Below the pieces are notes generated by a model that ran no database searches, was not told where the DNA came from, and saw only the letters and a list, made by a program, of their open reading frames with translations. A program made the position numbers and the translations under genes. This document shows, one piece after another, positions 57,600 through 64,000 of a stretch of 64,000 bases of DNA. The stretch is from Candidatus Cloacimonadales bacterium. Its GTDB lineage: Bacteria > Cloacimonadota > Cloacimonadia > Cloacimonadales > JAFGVF01. The stretch spans positions 1,568,001 through 1,632,000 of the forward strand of contig CAXXJV010000001.1 of the NCBI GenBank assembly GCA_963663475.2, read 5' to 3'. Every line of letters starts with the position of its first letter. The stretch's first letter is position 1.

Positions 57600-60500
57600 T
57601 TATTTTAGGAAAAGTATTTTTTTCAGGGTAGAAGTGTCAACCGTTTTATATCTTACAAAATAGATTCCTGAGGCAAGGTCATTTCTATTCCTTTGAAAGA
57701 TTGGTATTTGAATAACATTACTGTCTGTACTTTTTATTAGGCCATTAGCAGAATATACCTTCTGTCCTTTAATATTATAGACACTTATTTGATAATCATC
57801 ACCAATCTTACCCTGGTGTTCTAAGGATAAAGGATTATTTCGGATAGGATTAGGATAGATTCTTATATGGTTTGCTAAGGCAGGAACATCTTCTTGATTA
57901 CTAACATTTTGGTCAGAATGACTTAATCTCATGTCATCGAGGAAAATGCCAAGTTCTGGATCTTGAAGATAGTTATTAGTGACACTTGAATCTTCTAGAT
58001 AAGTGAAGCTAAATCTGAGAGTAAATTGACTTCCCAACTCTGGTTTATCAAGTAGAAGATCCCCTAGAGTTAATGAATATTCAGCCCAATCAGAAAAAAT
58101 AAAATCTTCTGGATCTCTAGTATTACTTCCTAATGCACCACCTGAACCTAAGAAGATAATTCTTTCTTCTATTTCATCTGTAAGAACATAGATAGAAAAG
58201 CCATCTTGCCCATACATAGGCATTTTGTACTTATATTTAAAAGAGATGTTTATATCATCAGTGTAGGTGAGAAGTGGTAAGTCTAAATCATATCTACCGT
58301 AATCACTTGGATAACAGGTTAGAGAGTAATCACCAGAATAAGCTTGGTCATTTGTTCTTTGCCAAGCAGATTCTTGGAACCAAAGAGGACTACTTTCAAA
58401 GTTGTCATATAGTGATTGCTGTCCAACTGAAAAATGGTGATTATAAGTAACTTGCTGATTATCCCAGTAATCATTCTCAAGAGTTAATACAATATCCATC
58501 GAAGCAATATCAAGATTTTCAACTAGAGTAAGATCAGAACCCAAGTCTGCTTCTTGTCCAGGTTCAAGTGTATATCTCATAGGTAAGACAACTCCTATAT
58601 TCAAGTTGTCAGATAGATACTCTACTTCAGTTATATCAAGAGTATAATTTGAGGTGTTTTTTACCTGAAAAGAAAAAACATTATAATCATTATAAACAAG
58701 CGGGTAAGGTGAAAGACTGAAATCTGTCATAATTATCTCAGGTTTTGCTAAATCAACATTAATAAATTTTCTATCAAGAACTTCATTACTAGTATTAGAA
58801 TAGAGCTCTAAAGTAATGGTTTCACTGTTAGGCTGGTCAATTTCAATATTAATCCAATTTGACTCAAGACCAGCAGTTAGATTACCAGAACTTTGGCCTA
58901 GGATAGTATCATTTTCTTTTACTCTTAGGTCCCAGGCTAAATCAATATCAAGAGCATTTCTAATTTTGCAACTGACCATTCTATTAGTATTGGGAGTAAT
59001 AGGTCCTTGTGCTTGAAAATCACTTATTATACTGGCATAAGTTGTCTCTAAAAGAAGCTCTTGCATCTTGAAGCCAGGCTTGTAGAGTGAAATTAATCCT
59101 CCTGGTTCAGACATAAATGTTGCTATTCCGTTAGCATCTGTCCAAACATAAGTATTTTCATTAACAGTAATAACAACATTTTCCAGTGGTTCTTGATTAT
59201 AAGATAGGAAAGCGGTATAGTTATCTCCCTCAGAGTAATAATCTATCTGAAATTCTTTAGGTTCATCTATGAAGAGCTGATAATAGCTGTCTCCTAAGGT
59301 ATTAAGTTGATAGGAACACCATTTATAGACAGATGTGCCAGTTTGATAAGGTATGAAGGGTATTTTTTGCAACTGATTAACTAGAGCGATGTTTCTTTCT
59401 TCTGCTTGGAAAAGGAGGCGACTAAACTCTTTTTGATAGAATTCGGAGAAACCAAAACCATCTGCTGAAGGAGCCCCCCAGCCATAACGTGAATTTCCTA
59501 CAAAAGCTGTAATTCCATGTTCAGGAACTCTTACTAACTTCTCGGCTATAGCATCAAATTCTAAAGCTGCAGCCCAACAACCAATTGAATACATGACTCC
59601 AGCATAATCATTTTCCATATTATTAACAAAAGAGTCATTGATTGTTCCATCTCCTAAAGCTATAACATGCCAAAAGCAGTGGCCAGTATGCTGTATTATA
59701 TTAGGATTTCTATTAAAGTTAAGTTGAGCATTAGCTACTGTATTTTCCTCTTCATTGATTATTACATTATTAATGAAGTCTGGGTAATACATATCTTCGA
59801 TATATTCTTGGACGTAAACAGAATTAGATTCATCCCATAAATTTTGTGATAAACCAAGTCCTTGAGAATAGTCTTGCTGATAACCTAATTCATAAGCAAT
59901 AAGCTTACTAACCATAGCCTGAACTTGGGAAATGTTATTCATAGCAGGAAGTCTTCCAATGATTAATTCTGGGAAATTATCAACTTGATCATCATCTTCT
60001 CCATAAAGATTATTTTGATTAGCGTTCCAATCTCCATTGAGGTTAGCATAATAGATATCACCTGGAATATGGTTTTCATCTTCTAAACCAAAATTACAAT
60101 CAAAAGCCCACAATCTTCTCTCTGGTATATGGTTAGTATCTCCAGCTAAAGTAACATAATCAATCGGGTTCTCTTGGTATTCAGCAACAAGGTAATTTCT
60201 AATTTTCTCAGCATTATCTTGTCCTGTATAATTAGCATAAATATATTCACAGCTAGTAGTCAAGACTTCTAGACCTTGCTTCTTTCTATGCTGAATAAGT
60301 GGTTGATAAGCAGATTCAAAAACCTGAGGATAGATTAACAAGTATCTTTCTTGACCTGCTTGTCTATTATAAGGTAAATTTAAGCTTTTATGAAATTCTC
60401 TAGTAATCCGAGAATCAGGCATCTTTTTAGCGTATGGGTTAGGGGAAAGACTAATATCTACTGTGAAGCTTTCAGCTTGGAGAAGCTGATTATTTTGGCT

Positions 60501-60947
60501 ATCATAGCCACTGGCATAAAGAGCTATATAAGCAATATTCTTACTACCTGACATATTAGAACCAACATTATAAAGCCATTCTTTAGGGAAATCAGGGCCA
60601 TTATACACTTGTGGTTTAGTAACTATATTTTCTGTTTGACTGAGGATTACTTGCTGTGGTTGCTTGAGTAGGGCTTGCGATAGACTAATATTCTTTATAG
60701 AATTAGCTTTGATAGAAACTGATTCTACTTTAGTAAATTCTGGTATTTCAAAATAATGGGTAAGAATAGGTATAGCAGGATCATTCTGATTGCCTGAATA
60801 ATAACTCCTTTCTTGTAAAATCCTAACACCTTCTGCAGTACTTTGCATGCTAATATCTGGATTATCAATTGTAAAAGTCAGACTTGTAGCTGCTAAGGAG
60901 CTCAGAGCAACAAGAACTAATAATAAAATACTAATGTTTTTTTTCAT
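57600..60947 (-). CDS. C25 (gingipain-family) peptidase with T9SS-type CTD
   Basis: Signal peptide from the ATG at 60947; YVTLAGD, DIYYANLNGDW, IGRLP, HTGHC and IGC motifs; IYPNP...KKILFLK. Confidence 0.86.
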   Translation of the reverse strand: MKKNISILLLVLVALSSLAATSLTFTIDNPDISMQSTAEGVRILQERSYYSGNQNDPAIPILTHYFEIPEFTKVESVSIKANSIKNISLSQALLKQPQQVILSQTENIVTKPQVYNGPDFPKEWLYNVGSNMSGSKNIAYIALYASGYDSQNNQLLQAESFTVDISLSPNPYAKKMPDSRITREFHKSLNLPYNRQAGQERYLLIYPQVFESAYQPLIQHRKKQGLEVLTTSCEYIYANYTGQDNAEKIRNYLVAEYQENPIDYVTLAGDTNHIPERRLWAFDCNFGLEDENHIPGDIYYANLNGDWNANQNNLYGEDDDQVDNFPELIIGRLPAMNNISQVQAMVSKLIAYELGYQQDYSQGLGLSQNLWDESNSVYVQEYIEDMYYPDFINNVIINEEENTVANAQLNFNRNPNIIQHTGHCFWHVIALGDGTINDSFVNNMENDYAGVMYSIGCWAAALEFDAIAEKLVRVPEHGITAFVGNSRYGWGAPSADGFGFSEFYQKEFSRLLFQAEERNIALVNQLQKIPFIPYQTGTSVYKWCSYQLNTLGDSYYQLFIDEPKEFQIDYYSEGDNYTAFLSYNQEPLENVVITVNENTYVWTDANGIATFMSEPGGLISLYKPGFKMQELLLETTYASIISDFQAQGPITPNTNRMVSCKIRNALDIDLAWDLRVKENDTILGQSSGNLTAGLESNWINIEIDQPNSETITLELYSNTSNEVLDRKFINVDLAKPEIIMTDFSLSPYPLVYNDYNVFSFQVKNTSNYTLDITEVEYLSDNLNIGVVLPMRYTLEPGQEADLGSDLTLVENLDIASMDIVLTLENDYWDNQQVTYNHHFSVGQQSLYDNFESSPLWFQESAWQRTNDQAYSGDYSLTCYPSDYGRYDLDLPLLTYTDDINISFKYKYKMPMYGQDGFSIYVLTDEIEERIIFLGSGGALGSNTRDPEDFIFSDWAEYSLTLGDLLLDKPELGSQFTLRFSFTYLEDSSVTNNYLQDPELGIFLDDMRLSHSDQNVSNQEDVPALANHIRIYPNPIRNNPLSLEHQGKIGDDYQISVYNIKGQKVYSANGLIKSTDSNVIQIPIFQRNRNDLASGIYFVRYKTVDTSTLKKILFLK

Positions 60948-60968
60948 TATTCCCTCTTTAAGGTTAAA

Positions 60969-61048
60969 TCCAAACAAGGCAGTAGATCATTTCCTATAGC
61001 TTTATATTCTTCCTTAGGTTGGTAGAGTTTGCTACTTTCTCATTTAGA
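60969..61048. repeat. Highly degenerate relative of the CCC...GGG family
   Basis: CCAAACAAGGCAGTAGATC resembles the left terminus. Confidence 0.35.
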
Positions 61049-61055
61049 CTAAAGA

Positions 61056-64000
61056 TTAAAATTCTTCATAGATACTAAAGAAATAGGTAGGCTTACCAAA
61101 TTTATCAAGATCAGTATCCCAGGCAAAATCGAATTTTAAGACAAGGTAGCCTAGACTAAATCTAGGACCAAAACCTACGCCCATTTTTATATCTTTTAGC
61201 TTATTATCTTCAACAGCATCAAAGCTATAATTTCCACGGTCATAATCATTTTCACCCCAGATAACACCTAGGTCAGTGAAAACTGCTCCTCTTACATTAC
61301 CAAAGATTATTGGAAGTGGGAAGGCAACATCTATATAATCTAAGAAAGGAAATCTTAGCTCAAGACTAGTAAGCAGTTTGTTCTTTCTACCTGGCTCATC
61401 ATCGTAATAGCCTCTAACTCCATTATAAGAATCTAATTCAAACTCATATGCTCCTTTTCCTCTAGAAAAACCACCTAAAAGTCTGCCAGCAATAGCATAA
61501 CGCTTGTTAAAGAACTTATAAGCACGAAGGTCAAAATAATTAGTAATGTTTTCTTCTTCTTTACTACCAATATCAGCCTGTAAGGTATAAATACCCCTCC
61601 AACCCATCAAAGGACCAGTTGGACCATAAAGAGAGTTGTCATGAACTATTGAAAGGGTAGGACGGTAGATATTATAATCTTCTTTGACAAAGGAAGATGA
61701 AATCTCTGTACCAGCACTTTGCCAATTCTCTTCAAAATCATAAGATACATCCCAATCTGATTTATACCTAAAAACTAAATTGGTAAGCTCTATTCTCCAA
61801 AACTTATTGATAGGGTAGTTAGTCATCAGACTTAGTCCCATTTGTTGTTCGTTTTCTCTATAAAAGATATTCTCATAAACTGAGTTTCTGTAGATTGACT
61901 GAGAATTTAAGTAATGAACCCCAATACCAAAGTCAAGTCTATAAGGTAGGTAGAGGTAGCGGAGAGATAAACTAGAATCATCAAGTTTACCAGCCAAACC
62001 TAAGTTAATACCTAAACCATGATTACCCATTAAGTCACTTAAACTAGCTTGCACAAAGCCTACAGCTCCATCAGAAGATGAATAACCAGCCCCACCCCAG
62101 ATATTATCAAGTCTGAACTTGACTCTATAATCCTGAATAGTAGGTGTGACTCTTAAGGAGTCTGGCACATCATCAATCTGAAAGTTATTCATAAACACAA
62201 GGCTATCAGGTTTTTCTACACTTCTATTTTTATTAAAATCAACTATTGTACCTTTAAAGTTTCTCAAATCAACCGCTACTTTCTCAAAATCTCTCTTTGT
62301 TTTACCAATTTGTAGGTACCTAGCTTCATTAAAGAAAAGTCTTCTATCATTGTTAAAGGCTACAGAACTAGGAGGGGGATAGGCTTCAAAGCTAAGATCA
62401 TCAAGGGGGAAATCACAATAATAGAGGTCCCAACCCCTGTCATGATAATTAGAATACAACAACTTAGATTTATTAAAGCTTAAATCATAGTCTAAAACAC
62501 CTGAAATAACCTTGGTAACTCTAGCTTTTTGATGATTAACTAGGTCTAGTAGGTAAATATTTGAGAGGTTTTCATCACTAATAACTAGGAGACTATCATG
62601 GCTAGTACCAACCCATTGGGCTTGCTTATAGTTATCTTGTCCATAAGTAACTTGTTCAAAACTATTACTTAAAATATCATAAATATAGATGTGGTTGGTA
62701 AGTCCTGAAAAGTAACCATCTCGCAAGCGAGGATTAACAACTCGTTCAGAAGTAAATACTATCTTGGTACCATCATAAGAAAAATTAGCTTGTCTATTGA
62801 AATAAATATCATCAGTAATTTTCTTAAGTTCTTTACTGGTAAGGTCATAAATATAAAGGTCTGTTTGGAAGTTAGTGGCAGCTGAGAAGACAATTTTATC
62901 AGCTTGATTTGAGATATCAATTTCAAAGATAGATTCAATATCAGGGAAGTAGATTTGATCGATAAGATGCCCATTAATATCCATGAAATAAATCTTATCA
63001 TTTTTAGCAGTTTTAGCTACAAAGGCAAACTTTTTACCATCTGGAAACAAAGAAAGATTGTTCTTATCATAGTTAAAGCCTTCAAATTTACCACTTGCTT
63101 CTCCAGTAAATATTTTTTTGTTGTTTTTTTCAGGTTCATAGAAGGTACCTAGCCAAACAGATTGACGCCAGTTCCTATCAGTAAAATAGATATAGTGAGA
63201 ACCATCAGGACTAATCTTACCACCATAATTACGAGAACCACCATCTTTCTCATGGTCTGTTAGTCTTTCACTTACTTCATAAGGCATCTTTAAATCAAGC
63301 AAGTAGGGGAGATACTTACGTTTTAAGTAATTTTTCCAGCTTAATTCTAAGTTATGGAAAGTCATACCAAATAAATTTTGAGCAACTTCGTCAGCATTTC
63401 CTTGATTTCTGAAAGCGTAAAAGAGTTCCATTACTTTATCTCTGCCATATTCACTATTGATAAAGTTCAAAAATGATTCACCTTGCCTATAAGCAAAATA
63501 ACCACCTACTTGTTCAAGAGGTTGAAGTTTATCATTGAGGACTAAATCAAGAATAAACATGTCATTATATTTTTCTTGTCCTACTAAGGAGAGAAATTCA
63601 GGGAGTCCTTCAGTAAACCAGAAAGGTAATCTACTATTAGTTGAGCCATAGGAACCTTTGAGAATAGTCTGATTATCAAGAGCATTAATATAGGCATGGG
63701 TAAGCTCATGAGTAAGAACATCCTCTAAGTCTTTGTAGGAACCATTAAAGGGGATAACTACTCTATTTTTATAGCTTTCTGTGAAACCACCAACCCCTTC
63801 TGATAAAAGCTGGGTGATAACATTAGTTGTCATGAAATCTTGTTGAGAAGGATAGACTATTAAAGGTATTCTACCTCTAAGAGGGATATTAAAATCTTCA
63901 CGGAGATAATAATAAGTATCTTCAGCTAAGACACTGACTAGTTTTCCAAATTCATCACTAGCTTTAGGGAAATAGACATCAAAGTGGATAGTATTTATTT
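61056..64000 (-). CDS. Metallopeptidase + TolB-like beta-propeller + Omp85/BamA-type barrel protein (5' partial)
   Basis: The frame stays open to the window end (INTIHFDVYFP...). THELTH...WFTEG; SPDG/FPDG/SYDG repeats; VRGY; ELRFP; terminal Phe. Confidence 0.85.
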   Translation of the reverse strand, partial: INTIHFDVYFPKASDEFGKLVSVLAEDTYYYLREDFNIPLRGRIPLIVYPSQQDFMTTNVITQLLSEGVGGFTESYKNRVVIPFNGSYKDLEDVLTHELTHAYINALDNQTILKGSYGSTNSRLPFWFTEGLPEFLSLVGQEKYNDMFILDLVLNDKLQPLEQVGGYFAYRQGESFLNFINSEYGRDKVMELFYAFRNQGNADEVAQNLFGMTFHNLELSWKNYLKRKYLPYLLDLKMPYEVSERLTDHEKDGGSRNYGGKISPDGSHYIYFTDRNWRQSVWLGTFYEPEKNNKKIFTGEASGKFEGFNYDKNNLSLFPDGKKFAFVAKTAKNDKIYFMDINGHLIDQIYFPDIESIFEIDISNQADKIVFSAATNFQTDLYIYDLTSKELKKITDDIYFNRQANFSYDGTKIVFTSERVVNPRLRDGYFSGLTNHIYIYDILSNSFEQVTYGQDNYKQAQWVGTSHDSLLVISDENLSNIYLLDLVNHQKARVTKVISGVLDYDLSFNKSKLLYSNYHDRGWDLYYCDFPLDDLSFEAYPPPSSVAFNNDRRLFFNEARYLQIGKTKRDFEKVAVDLRNFKGTIVDFNKNRSVEKPDSLVFMNNFQIDDVPDSLRVTPTIQDYRVKFRLDNIWGGAGYSSSDGAVGFVQASLSDLMGNHGLGINLGLAGKLDDSSLSLRYLYLPYRLDFGIGVHYLNSQSIYRNSVYENIFYRENEQQMGLSLMTNYPINKFWRIELTNLVFRYKSDWDVSYDFEENWQSAGTEISSSFVKEDYNIYRPTLSIVHDNSLYGPTGPLMGWRGIYTLQADIGSKEEENITNYFDLRAYKFFNKRYAIAGRLLGGFSRGKGAYEFELDSYNGVRGYYDDEPGRKNKLLTSLELRFPFLDYIDVAFPLPIIFGNVRGAVFTDLGVIWGENDYDRGNYSFDAVEDNKLKDIKMGVGFGPRFSLGYLVLKFDFAWDTDLDKFGKPTYFFSIYEEF

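Overview
AT-rich bacterial chromosomal segment, probably Cloacimonadota or a related FCB-group lineage. That assignment is inferred from five proteins with T9SS-type/FlgD-like C-terminal domains and three C25 gingipain-family paralogs. Housekeeping genes include smpB, an amidase, glgP, pyrB-pyrC-pyrK-pyrD, clpB, queH, a ttcA-like gene and ackA. Accessory content includes a cytoplasmic PAS/GAF phosphorelay, a GlmL-like fusion next to OvoA, a UGA-recoded selenocysteine peroxiredoxin with a SECIS hairpin, a solo Cas4-like nuclease, and a peptidase/beta-propeller/Omp85 protein truncated by the window edge. Features missing from the ORF track: a 45-aa secreted peptide divergent from an extended ECF sigma factor; a PyrR binding loop that sequesters the RBS of a 38-codon leader ORF; a CIRCE-like operator at clpB; and at least four families of miniature repeats. 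One repeat family is a 161-bp CCC...GGG MITE with 5-bp target duplications that has twice inserted into older copies of itself. Another is an ISL3-like element with an 8-bp duplication. No rRNA, tRNA, CRISPR array or transposase gene was seen. Family assignments come from motif recognition, not database searches.
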